DNA from: the human T2T-CHM13v2.0 reference genome, Homo sapiens
DNA length: 64,000 bases
NCBI RefSeq assembly: GCF_009914755.1
Contig: NC_060945.1
Direction: 5' to 3' (one strand)
Of this stretch, positions 40,105-50,859 are shown in pieces (position 1 is the stretch's first letter; each line of letters begins with the position of its first letter). The notes beneath the pieces were generated by a model. That model was not told the DNA's origin. It was given only the letters and a program-made list of their open reading frames with translations, and made no database searches. The position numbers and the translations under genes were made by a program.

Positions 40105-41455
40105 TCCAATACTATGAACAAAATAGATGGCAGATGAAATTGAAAATTTCCTAGAAAGGTGCAAACTACTCAAACTGATTCAACAAGAAATAGACAATGT
40201 GAATAGATATATAACAAGTGAAGAGGTTGAATTAGTAATCCAAAAACACCCATAAAGAAAAGCCAAGGACCAGAGAGCTTCCCAGCTAAATTCTACCAAG
40301 CATTTAAAGAATTAAAACCAATTCTCACAAACTCTTTCAAAAGACTAGGAGAGTGGGAAATGCTTCTCAATTCATTTTATGAGACCAATATTACTCTGAT
40401 ACCATAATCAGACAAAGACATTGCCAAAAAAAGAAAATTGCAGACTAGTTTATCTTACGAATTATGGACACAGAAATCCTTGGTAGACTACTAGTAAATA
40501 AAATCCAGCAACATATAAAAAAAATTCACCATGGCTAAGTGGGATTTATCCCAGGAATTCAAGGTTGGTTTAACACTTGAAAATCAATGTAATACATCAT
40601 ATCAATAGAATAAAATATTAAAAACACCCAATCATCTCAATAGATGCAGAGAAAGTATTGGACAAAATTCAACACCATTCATGAAAAACACTTAACAAGC
40701 TGGTAAAGAGCATCTGTGACAGAGCCCACAGCTGACACCGTGCTTGTGGTGGAGGAGCGAATGCTTTCCTCCTAAGATCAGGAGCAAGACAAGGACGTTC
40801 CCTATTGCGCCTTCTGTTTAACATTGTACTGGAGGTTCTAGCCACGAAAGTTAGGCAAGAAGAAATAAAAGACATCCAGATTGGAAAGGAACAAGTAAAA
40901 CTGTATTTTTAGAGGCCAGATCTTATATATATATATATCATATATCATATATATCATATATCATATGTATATTTAAAAGTAAAAGTTCTAACCTCTAAAA
41001 AGTTTTTTATTGTTCCTCTAAAATTACAGTTTTTTCTAAGTAATCCACAAAAAAACTATTAGAACCAATAAATGAGCTCAACAAGGTTGCAGGGTATAAA
41101 ATCAGTATAGAAAAATCTATTGTATTTATTTTGCAATGAACAATCCAAAAATGAAATTAAGAAAGAAAAATCTGTTTACAACAGCATCAACAAGAACTTA
41201 TACTCTGAAAACTACAAAGCAACATTGAAAGTAATTAAGGAAGATCTAAATAAATGGAAAGTTATCCCATGTTTATGGATTGGAAGACAGAATACTCCCT
41301 AAATCAACTAGAGTCCACACAACTCCTGCCAGAATCCCCACTGGCTATAGAAATTGTCAAAGTGACCCCAATACTTAAATTGAATTTCAAGGAACCCAGA
41401 GTGGCCAAAGCAATCCTGGAGAAGAACAAAATCGGGGGACCTCTTGGCTCTCGAA
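40105..41455 (+). mobile_element. L1 ORF2 (reverse transcriptase region) remnant, opposite orientation to the adjacent piece
   Basis: GTGGGATTTATCCCAGGAATTCAAGGTTGGTTTAACA (GFIPG.QGWFN), ATCTCAATAGATGCAGAGAAAG (ISIDAEK), GGAGCAAGACAAGGA (G.RQG) and GTACTGGAGGTTCTAGCC (VLEVLA); many stops and frameshifts. Confidence 0.9.
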
Positions 41456-41859
41456 CTTCTTAGAGTCTTTGAAAATATCTGCTTTGTTTTGGGTAGAGCA
41501 TGGATGGTTCCCTTAGAGCCTATAGAGCACATTGAGGTCTTTTGGTTCGCCCTCAGTGAACTTTATCACATCAAGCAGGAGATGTCGGTGAGCCTCGCTG
41601 CCCTGCTGTGCTCCACCCATTGGCCCCCCTTGCAGCAGCATTCAGGAGAAGACAGAGGCAGCGTCTTCTGCCAGCCTCCTCGGACTGGAAGGAGTAACAA
41701 GGCTTTGAAGGCATGCAGGAATAACACCCACACAGAGCCCCAGGGGACATGGATCGAGGTCTGAAAAGCATTTCTTCCCACCCTCTGCTGAGTCACCTGG
41801 ACTGCCAGAGGTAGAGCTGGCATAGGGAGTTTGCCAGAAGACATCAGGAAGAAACCTCT

Positions 41860-42700
41860 ATTTTCTCTACAAACATCCTTTGAGAACATTTCAAACCTGC
41901 ATTGACGTTGATACGATGATCAGAAAACGCTCATACACACCTTCCATTCGACTCACAAGCAAACACTTGCCACATTTTTCCCAGGCACTCCCTTTCTCTC
42001 CATCTGTGTCCATATCCACACACACGCATATCCACATGCACAGGTATCCATGCGTGTGCACACAAGAATATCTACATGCACCTCCACATGCGTACATATC
42101 CGCACACATCCGTGATGCATATCCATGTGTGCACATGTACATACCCATGCACACATTCACACATGCTCATCTGTATGCACACATAATCCACATGCAGTCC
42201 ACACACACAGATATCCATGCATGCATGTATCCATATCCACACATCCGTGTACACGCACACACGTGTGCTTCTGCATACCCACATGCAAGTACAGACGCTC
42301 GCTGAGGTGAGCCGCAGCATCTCCACACATTGCCCTGTAGATGCACTTCTGTGTGCGTGTCCCAAGAACAAGGACATTCTCCCACAGAGCCACAGTGTCA
42401 TTGTCACGCCTGAGAAGTTTACAATCATTCTGTCCGTCCTCCTGTGAACAGGTCGTCTTCAGATGCGCTCCATAATGTCCTTTGCCCCACTGGCCTGCGT
42501 ATCTTTTGGGCAGTCCCAGAGCCGTCAGGGACCACGTGTTGCATTAGTGTCCTGCTCTGTAGTCTGTTGACTCTGGAGCAGCCCTGCCCGCCCCCGCTGC
42601 CCCACCGCCTTCTTCCTAACGTGGCAGTCCAGCTGGGTTTCTATGGGGGTGTCTGACCCGCAGCCTGGACTCACCCACCTGCCTGCTCGTGTTTAGGTGC
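41860..42700 (-). mobile_element. Old L1MC/ME-like 3' end remnant interrupted by a (CA/CAT)n-like simple repeat (about 42010-42300)
   Basis: ACATTTCAAAC...CTTGCCACATTT and CCCAAGAACAAGGACATTCTC...CCACAGTGTCATTGTCAC motifs. Confidence 0.55.
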
Positions 42701-45700
42701 AGGCTTTGTGGAGAGCCATGGCAGGGGACTGTGTGTCCTCCCCGTGGCCTCCTGTCAGGGGCAGAGGTGGCAGCTGTCCCTGGGAAGATGTCTAAAGTGT
42801 CTTTTCCCTGCGGCGCTTTGATCCTCTTGCTGCTCCTGCCTCAGGCCCCGCTGCCCGGCTCATGACCCTTCACCAGTGATCCATCTCCTGTGTCTCTGGC
42901 GGCCTTCCCAAGGGTGGGCCCTGGGGCTGCGGTGGAGGTTGCACCAAGCCCGAGGGGAGGGCCTGGCTCACATGGGCTTCCAGCTGCCGCCGGCCAGGTG
43001 CGGGGAGAAGAGGCAGGCTGCCCGCTGAGCGCCAGGCTGTGCTTGGCATTAATTTAGGAGCCAAGAAGGCTCCCACCACTCGTGATCACCCAGTGGAGGA
43101 TTGGGGTTGAAGACCTCAGGCTCCCCACCTCATAGTCCCCAGGCTCTGCCGAGCGGTCAGAGGGACACCAGAGCCTGGGGAGGGACACGGCTGAGTCCAG
43201 GAATGTACATCCAGGGAAGAGCTAAGAGAAGCCTCGTCGTGGAATCGGGGGACAGAAGCCTCCACCCTGCCCCCACCGTGGGGGAGAGAATGGGCTTATG
43301 GGGCACCCTGAGCACTGAGCAGCGGGGGAAAGAGGCTGTAAGCTGGGGGTGGGTGTTAGACAGGGTGTGGCCACACTCCCTCTGCTACCGTAGGTCTTCA
43401 GGTCCATGTGTTTGGTGACAGGGGAGTGCCCTCCAGGGACCTGGACCCAGGCCTGGCCACCCGGCCCTCTCACTGTGCGGCCACCTCCAGCCACTGAATC
43501 TGCAGGTGGCGGCAGCTGGTCATGCCGCTGGCCGGGTTGTGCCCGGTGGCCAGGTCTGGTGAGAGGTCCCGGCCAAGCAGCAGAGATGTCAGGGGGCACT
43601 CTGGAAGTGCCATGATAAAGCTGCCTTTATCATCGTGGTTTGAAAAAGTAGCCACAAAATGCAGAGCCCAGGAAGCACGTTCAGAGACTTCAGACAATCA
43701 TAAACTAGTTGCGCCACAGAAAGATGAAAAGTCATGTTTTCATTTCAAAAGGGCTGGAGACGTGTCTGCGGCATCCAAACCTTGACTGGCTGTGCCTGCC
43801 TGGGGGCGTGCCCATGGGCAGTGGGTACTGGGACCTCAGGGCCCAGGTTTCGCTCCCTGGAATCTCCAGGAGCCTGCCTGGGCCTGTCCTTGGACAGTCT
43901 CTGGTCCCTGGGGAAGGAGGGGAGGGAGGCCACACCTGAGGGGTCTCTGCAGGACATTCTGGGCTCGGGCGAGCATCTGGGGGCAAGGACAAGCTCAGGG
44001 AATGAAGAGGGTGGCTCAGGTGGGGTCTGCCCTGCTCCCTCATCCCTGTCATCCTCCCCCAGCCTTCAGGGTCGAGGTGTGGGAGACCCGCGGAGAGGCA
44101 GCCCAGAGCCACCCGCCACGGGCTGAGGCCTAGGGTGGCCAGAAGCAGGAGGGACGCCTCTGACGATTGAACAGCCCGGAGCCTCAAAGCTACGGTTGGG
44201 GCCTTCAGCCCGGAAATGAGCCCCCCTCTTTGCCCCCTGATGAACCAGTTTCCCCTGTTCACGTGTGGATGTTTGTACCTTTTTAAAAAAAGAAAATAAA
44301 AGACCACACTATTTAGGAATTTAAACCAGACAGGCCAACAAGACAGGACAAACCCTGGCTCGGGGCAGGGCAGAGACAGTGGGAGGGTGGAACCTTCCCG
44401 AAGACCAGATGGGGTGCAGGGAGTGGGGAGGCTCAGTTCTTGGCACCTGTGTTCATGGTGGGTGGTCTCCCTCGTCCTCTGAAACTGCAGCCAGTGCATG
44501 TGACCTCCCCACCGCATCTCAGGCCTCCCTCCCGGTGTGCCCACCCTGCACCCCACAGCCAGCTGCTTCAACGTTTGGAGCCCGTGGCTGGCGTGGCAGT
44601 GGTGAGCCCTCGATGGCTGTGCGGACACCAGAGGCTGAGGGAGGACACACACTCCATGGTGGGACAGCACCCCCGGGTCCACCAAGGCCAGGTGGACGCT
44701 TAGGCTCCAGGGCCCTCGTGGCTGCTCCGGCGGTGCCATCACCTCTGGAGACAGGGCCCGACTCTGCAGGACGGCACCAGTGGGGGACAGCAGGTCCTCT
44801 GGGGGGTGTGAGGTTCTGAGCTGTTAGCCTCAGGCTCCTCAGGAGCGGGCAGGTCATGATAACAAGAGTGGCTGCGTGCGGGTAGCCCATGGCTACAGCT
44901 TCCAACGGGCATTTCTAGTGCCCTGGCCAGATGGCCGGCCAGCGGGGGCCATGGTACCACAGCACTGTAGCCTAGCAACAGAGGAGACCCATTTTCTCAT
45001 CAGGGATAGAGCAGGGAGTCAACCCAAGGTCAAACTCCACACGCACTGGGACAGGCTGTGATGATGTGCAACCCAGCAGCTGGGTCAGCTTGGCTTCCAG
45101 GAAGGGAGCCCCTTGGCCCTCCTGTTGTCATAACTGAGAGCCAGAGAAAGGGGCCCCACAGGCTCTGGGGCCCTGGGGACACAGCTGGGTGGCTGTGTTG
45201 TGGGGTGCCGCCTTTCCGGGATCCCACGGGGTTGGCGAGCCATGCTCTTCCCCAGCTCCTCGCTGGCCTTCACAGGGATGATGCATTTGTCTGCGTGGGG
45301 TTTGCTGAGGGAGTTTGTGGTTAACGTTGCCTTTGTTGAGTCGAATGAGGACGCCACGTTCTGCACTCAGCAGCAGGAGCGCTCAGAGGGGAAGGCGGTG
45401 GGATTTGAAGGCTGCTTCCTCTATGAAGTCAGACTGGGAAGGTCGATCTCAGGCCTCAAGGCAATAGGGTGGGGGCACTTCAGACTGGGGCACTCTCCTG
45501 TGTCACCCAGGTCCTGTGCACCCCCAGGGAGGGGTCTCACCTGTCCTGTCAACTCTGCTCCATCGGGATCCATGGGCCCTCTTCCTCCTTGGCTGGGGTC
45601 ATCTCCAGTGAGCTCCATCATGGGCCTCCCAGCCGCCCCATCAGAGCCAAGTGGTTCCTGCCTTCCTGCAGACCCCAAGGTCCCTCATGACGACACGTGT

Positions 45701-46009
45701 GTCCTCTGTCTCTGGCAGGCCTGAGGCCGCACTCACCCCAGGAGGCACCGAGGAGCCGCAGGGAAACTGCCAACTGCTGCTCCTTGTGCCTCAGCTTCTC
45801 TGCTCCCTCCACCAAGGGGAAGAGGCCATGCCGAAACCCTGGTCCGCACTGCTCATGGTGCCATCTGGGCACCCAGATCCTGGAACGAGCCACAGTCGGG
45901 CCCTTTACACAGAGCTGGGCAGGGGCTGGGAAGGAGGCCTGGATCCCTGGCCATGCTGCTAGCAGGACTTGGGCAACACCAGGGTGCTTTCTGAGAGTGC
46001 AAGTACATG

Positions 46010-47165
46010 GTGAGTGTGCTTGCCTGTGTGCGTGTGTGTGTGAGCATGCATGGCAGAGCTGAGCATGCATATGCACTCTGTGACATGTGTAAGCATGTAT
46101 GTGAGCTTGTGTATGCATGTATTCATGTGTGACGTGTGTGTATATATGTGAGCTTGTGTATGCATGTGAGTACTCACGTGTGACATGTGAGCATATATGT
46201 ACGTGTGTGTTTCTGTATGCATGTGTGTATTCACGTGACGTGAGCATGCATGTACATATGTGATTGTGTATGCATGTGAGCATTCATGTGACACATGTAA
46301 GCATGTATGTACATGTGGGGGCTTGTGTATGCATGTGAGCATTTGTATCTGACATGTAAGCATGTGTGTGTGAGCTTGTGTATGCATGTATTCATGTGTG
46401 ACATGTGTGAGCATGTATGTGAGTTTGTGTATGCATGAATATTCACATGTGACGTGTGAGCATATATGTACGTGTGATTGTGTATGCATGTGAGTATTCA
46501 CTGACGTGTGAGCATGCATGTACATATGTGATTGTGTATGCATGTGAGCATGTATGACATGTGTAAACATGTATGTATGTGGGGCTTGTGTATGCATGTG
46601 AGTATTCACATGTGACATGTGAGCATGTATGTACATGTGTGTGAGTATTCACATGTGACATGTGAGCATGTATGTACATGTGTGACCTTGTGTGTGCATG
46701 AGTATTCACATGTGACATGTGAGCCTATATGTATGTGTGTGATTGCGAGTATTCATGTGTGACATGTAAGCATGTATGTACATGTGTGAGCTTGTGTATG
46801 CATGTGAGCATTCATGTATGACATGTAAGCATTATGTATGTGTGTGGGCTTGTGTATGCGAGTATTCACATGTGACATGTGTGAGCATGTATGTGTGTGT
46901 GATTGTGTATGCATGTATTCATGTGTGACATGTGAGCATGTATGTACATGTGTGTGCTTGTGTATGCATATGAGCATTCATGTCTGGCACGTACGCTTAT
47001 ATGTACATGTGTGGGGGCTTGTGTATGTGAGTATTCACATGTGACATATGGCATAGCTAAGCATGCATGTGCATGTGTTCATGCATGAGCAGGAGTGAGC
47101 ATACATATATGTGTGCATATGTGGGTGTTCGTGTGTGAGCATGTGCGTACACATGCGTGCGTTTG
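46010..47165. repeat. About 1.15-kb (TG/CATG)-rich degenerate repeat
   Basis: Recurrent TGTGTATGCATGTGAG(T/C)ATTCACATGTGACATGTGAGCATG modules. Confidence 0.95.
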
Positions 47166-48269
47166 AGTGATGATGTGAGGAGGCTTATGTAGTAGCCACC
47201 CTTGCCAGGTGCTTCCTGGTGGGAACCAGATCCCGGGGGCTGAGCTGTGGAGCCGTGGCAGAGCCGCACTAGGATTTCCAGGAGGTTAAACGTGCGATGC
47301 TGTGGAGGTGCTTGGAGGTGAGGGAACCCCAATGGTGGACAGGAAGCTCTCAAAGCACTTAGAGGTGGAGGAGTCCTGGACAGTGGGCAGGAAGGGTGGG
47401 GTCAGGAATGGAGTGGGCAGGGGAAGGGTGGAGGGAGCTGGGCACCCTGCAGATGGCAGGGTGGGTGCTCAGTGCCATGGGGCTGCCACCATCCTCCAAG
47501 TGTGGCCCCGAGGGCCGGAGCTGCTCTCCCTCCATTGCTAGGCGTAATCAGTTCCTTGTGCCTGGCTCTGCCCAGGAGGTGTATATTGGGGGGCATGAAT
47601 GTAGGGCCAGCCCAGCTGGCCAGTGACCCTCTGAGCACAGAGCCTTCGGGATGGGGCTGGGGGTGTCCCCCACAACAGAGTTCCCTTCCTGAGATGCGCT
47701 GGTGGAGGAGGGGGCAGTCTCTGGAATTTCTGTTTGGAGACTTTCCGGAGGCGTGTTCAGACATAAAATCACAGCAGCAGCAGTCAGTTTTCAAGCAAAG
47801 AGACTTCTCTGGGCATCTCTGAGACGAGTTTGAGCAGTGTGGGGATTCGTTTTGGGAGCACGGCCTCACTGACATGCAGATGTTTGCTTGTGGAATGCCT
47901 GCGCCTGCCCTCGAGAAGGAGGTGGCACTCAGCTGCTTGAAACAAGGCTGGGTCCCAAGCAGCCCAGCCCTGCCCTGTGGACAGCAATCGACCGATGGCT
48001 ACAGCATGTCCTGACCTGGGGACAGCTGGGGACAGGTTGTGGGGCTGTTTCGTCACAGCTGCTGTCACATTAACTGACCCCAGCCCTGGGGGAGGGTGGC
48101 TGCAACCCCAGCCGCACAGCCTGGAGGAGGCAGGGTGACGAGGGACTCCAGCTGGGGGAGCTGGCGTGCAGAGCACTGAGGGGGTGGGTGGATTGTGGGG
48201 TGAAACCTGGGTGTGTGCGTGTGAGGATGCACATGTGTGAACGTGTGTGTGAGTGAGCACGCCTGTGTA

Positions 48270-48400
48270 AACTGCCTGGCTCCACCTCTGATGGGCTCCG
48301 TGATCTTGAGCGGGGTCACCAGGCTCATGCCTCAGTTTTCTTCATCTGTGAAATGGGCCGATGGCCAGGCTGCACACAGGTCCTCAGAGGGCATAAGGCA
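48270..48400 (+). mobile_element. MIR fragment
   Basis: CCTGGCTCCACC...GTGATCTTGAGC...GCCTCAGTTTTCTTCATCTGTGAAATGGG. Confidence 0.7.
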
Positions 48401-48699
48401 CACTCAGCACCCACTGCTGTGCCTGGGCAGCTGGCGGGGGGGCACAGCAGCCACTCACATGCCACTCACATCCCTGTGGGTTACCGGCTGCCTGGAATGT
48501 TCCAGTCTAACCGGATCCTTTTGTGGACGGGGAGACTGAGGCCGGGAAGGAGGATGCATTCCTGCCCTGGTCCCGGGCTCCGTCTCTGCTGGGTCTCCTG
48601 GGCAGAAGGTCAGGAAGGGCTGAGAGGGACACAGTCCAAGGCAGGTAAAGCCCCAGCTTTGAGGGGAGGCACAGCAGCTCTGAGAGGGTCTGAGCCCCT

Positions 48700-49252
48700 C
48701 GAGACCCTCCCCGGGATGTTTAACGACTTGGGCAGCCATTGCAACAGTGGAATTGGCACTGCAGCAAGCTGAGCATTTTTTCGGTTCCAAGTTTCCCACA
48801 ACACAATGGCTCCAGGCCAGGCGCCTCTGGGCGTTCCAGGTCAGAGGGGGAGCAGGGGCTGGGGGCCGCTGCCTCAGTGCTTCTGGGATGGGGTCCTGGC
48901 TTGGAGCCCCAATCCAGAGACTCAGCAGCCCTGCCCCGGCAGAGCCTAGCGGAGCACGTTGGGAACCCTGTGGACACTGCACACAGCACCCTCTGTCCTC
49001 ACGGAGCCTGGGGCTGCTGCAGGGCCGTGGGAAAGAAGTTATAAATCCTTGGGTGCTGGAACCCCCGGGTGCTGGGCACCTTGATTCCAAGGCTGGTGCC
49101 TTCTTTCCTTCTGCAAGAGTGGGGGGTGGAAGACAGCCGGCCAGAGGCTGGGAAGCCTGCACAGGGGAGGGCAGGAGGGCGTGAGCCTGGCTAGCCCCAC
49201 CTCCAGGCACAGAGGCCCTCCCGCCGCCCGCAGCTCCAGCCGCACTGCCCCG
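48700..49252 (+). promoter_or_regulatory. COL18A1: COL18A1 internal promoter (promoter 2) region
   Basis: Directly upstream of a signal-peptide-bearing first exon. Forkhead-like TGTTTAAC 48717-48724, C/EBP-like ATTGCAACA 48738-48746, ATTGGC (CCAAT/NF1 half-site) about 48752, TATAAAT 49040-49046, GC-rich stretch before the ATG. The TSS cannot be fixed from sequence. Confidence 0.7.
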
Positions 49253-49321
49253 ATGGCTCCCTACCCCTGTGGCTGCCACATCCTGCTGCTGCTCTTCTGC
49301 TGCCTGGCGGCTGCCCGGGCC
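49253..49321 (+). other. COL18A1: Signal peptide coding segment (about 23 aa)
   Basis: Hydrophobic core ILLLLFCCL followed by an A-R-A cleavage pattern. Confidence 0.85.
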
Positions 49322-49898
49322 AACCTGCTGAACCTGAACTGGCTTTGGTTCAATAATGAGGACACCAGCCACGCAGCTACCACGATCCCTGAGCCCCAGG
49401 GGCCCCTGCCTGTGCAGCCCACAGCAGATACCACCACACACGTGACCCCCCGGAATGGTTCCACAGAGCCAGCGACAGCCCCTGGCAGCCCTGAGCCACC
49501 CTCAGAGCTGCTGGAAGATGGCCAGGACACCCCCACTTCTGCCGAGAGCCCGGACGCGCCAGAGGAGAACATTGCCGGTGTCGGAGCCGAGATCCTGAAC
49601 GTGGCCAAAGGCATCCGGAGCTTCGTCCAGCTGTGGAATGACACTGTCCCCACTGAGAGCTTGGCCAGGGCGGAAACCCTGGTCCTGGAGACTCCTGTGG
49701 GCCCCCTTGCCCTCGCTGGGCCTTCCAGCACCCCCCAGGAGAATGGGACCACTCTCTGGCCCAGCCGTGGCATTCCTAGCTCTCCGGGCGCCCACACAAC
49801 CGAGGCTGGCACCTTGCCTGCACCCACCCCATCGCCTCCCTCCCTGGGCAGGCCCTGGGCACCACTCACGGGGCCCTCAGTGCCACCACCGTCTTCAG
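49253..49898 (+). CDS. COL18A1: Collagen XVIII medium isoform, first coding exon (internal donor skips the 705-nt / 235-aa Frizzled-containing segment)
   Basis: Internal donor TCTTCAG|GTAGAG at 49898/49899. 646 nt = 215 codons + 1 (phase 1), the same phase as the long donor. Matches the known medium/long alternative splicing. Confidence 0.9.
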
Positions 49899-50603
49899 GT
49901 AGAGCTTCTCTCTCCTCCTTGCTGGGCGGGGCCCCTCCCTGGGGAAGCCTGCAGGACCCAGACAGCCAAGGACTCTCGCCTGCCGCAGCCGCTCCCAGCC
50001 AGCAGCTCCAACGCCCTGACGTCCGCCTGCGCACGCCACTTCTGCACCCCCTGGTGATGGGCTCCCTGGGCAAGCACGCGGCCCCCTCCGCCTTCTCCTC
50101 TGGGCTCCCGGGCACACTGTCTCAGGTCGCAGTCACCACTTTAACCAGGGACAGCGGTGCTTGGGTCTCCCACGTGGCTAACTCTGTGGGGCCGGGTCTT
50201 GCTAATAACTCTGCCCTGCTCGGGGCTGACCCCGAGGCCCCCGCCGGTCGCTGCCTGCCCCTGCCACCCTCCCTGCCAGTCTGCGGCCACCTGGGCATCT
50301 CACGCTTCTGGCTGCCCAACCACCTCCACCACGAGAGCGGCGAGCAGGTGCGGGCCGGGGCACGGGCGTGGGGGGGCCTGCTGCAGATGCACTGCCACCC
50401 CTTCCTCGCCTGGTTCTTCTGCCTGCTGCTGGTCCCCCCATGCGGCAGCGTCCCGCCGCCCGCCCCGCCACCCTGCTGCCAGTTCTGCGAGGCCCTGCAG
50501 GATGCGTGTTGGAGCCGCCTGGGCGGGGGCCGGCTGCCCGTCGCCTGTGCCTCGCTCCCGACCCAGGAGGATGGGTACTGTGTGCTCATTGGGCCGGCTG
50601 CAG
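49253..50603 (+). CDS. COL18A1: Collagen alpha-1(XVIII) long isoform, first coding exon: signal peptide, DUF959-type region and Frizzled cysteine-rich domain
   Basis: ATG at 49253 gives MAPYPCGCHILLLLFCCLAAARANLLNLNWLWF...GYCVLIGPAA. Donor CAG|GTAACT at 50603/50604. 1351 nt = 450 codons + 1 (phase 1), in frame with the exon at 61964 (G+AG = Glu of ERISEEV). Confidence 0.97.
50252..50581 (+). other. COL18A1: Frizzled (FZ) cysteine-rich domain, Cys334-Cys443
   Basis: CRD pattern C..C..LPNHLHH..CHP..FFC..PPC..PCxxxCE..C..C..C. Confidence 0.92.
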
Positions 50604-50859
50604 GTAACTGGCCGGCCCCGATCTCCCCACCCTTTCCTTTTTGCCTTGCCAGGTAAGTGTGGGCGGGGCTGACGTGAGCCTGGTACAGGTTCCCCCCACA
50701 TCGAATCTCTACGTTCAGGGGCCCGTGGCCCTCGGGAGGTGGGAGAGCTGGGAGTGAGGCCTCCTGTGTGGGGAGGAGGCCGGCGTCTGGACAGGAAGAG
50801 GGCTGGATGAACCGCAGCCGATGTGTCCAGGTGCCACCTGGGCCTGGAGCTCCCTGAGC

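Noticed and set aside
40105-41455. Active reverse transcriptase gene
   Set aside because: Multiple stops and frameshifts, and an insertion at the catalytic motif region. It is a fossil L1.
49040-49046. TATAAAT as the definitive promoter-2 TATA box
   Set aside because: About 210 bp upstream of the ATG with the TSS unknown, so it is kept only as a weak candidate.
49181-49252. ORF-track N-terminal extension from GTG 49181
   Set aside because: Non-ATG start. The signal peptide begins at ATG 49253.
48455-50589. Long antisense ORFs overlapping the promoter-2 exon (328, 284 and 155 aa)
   Set aside because: Shadow ORFs of GC-rich coding sequence with no recognisable domain.
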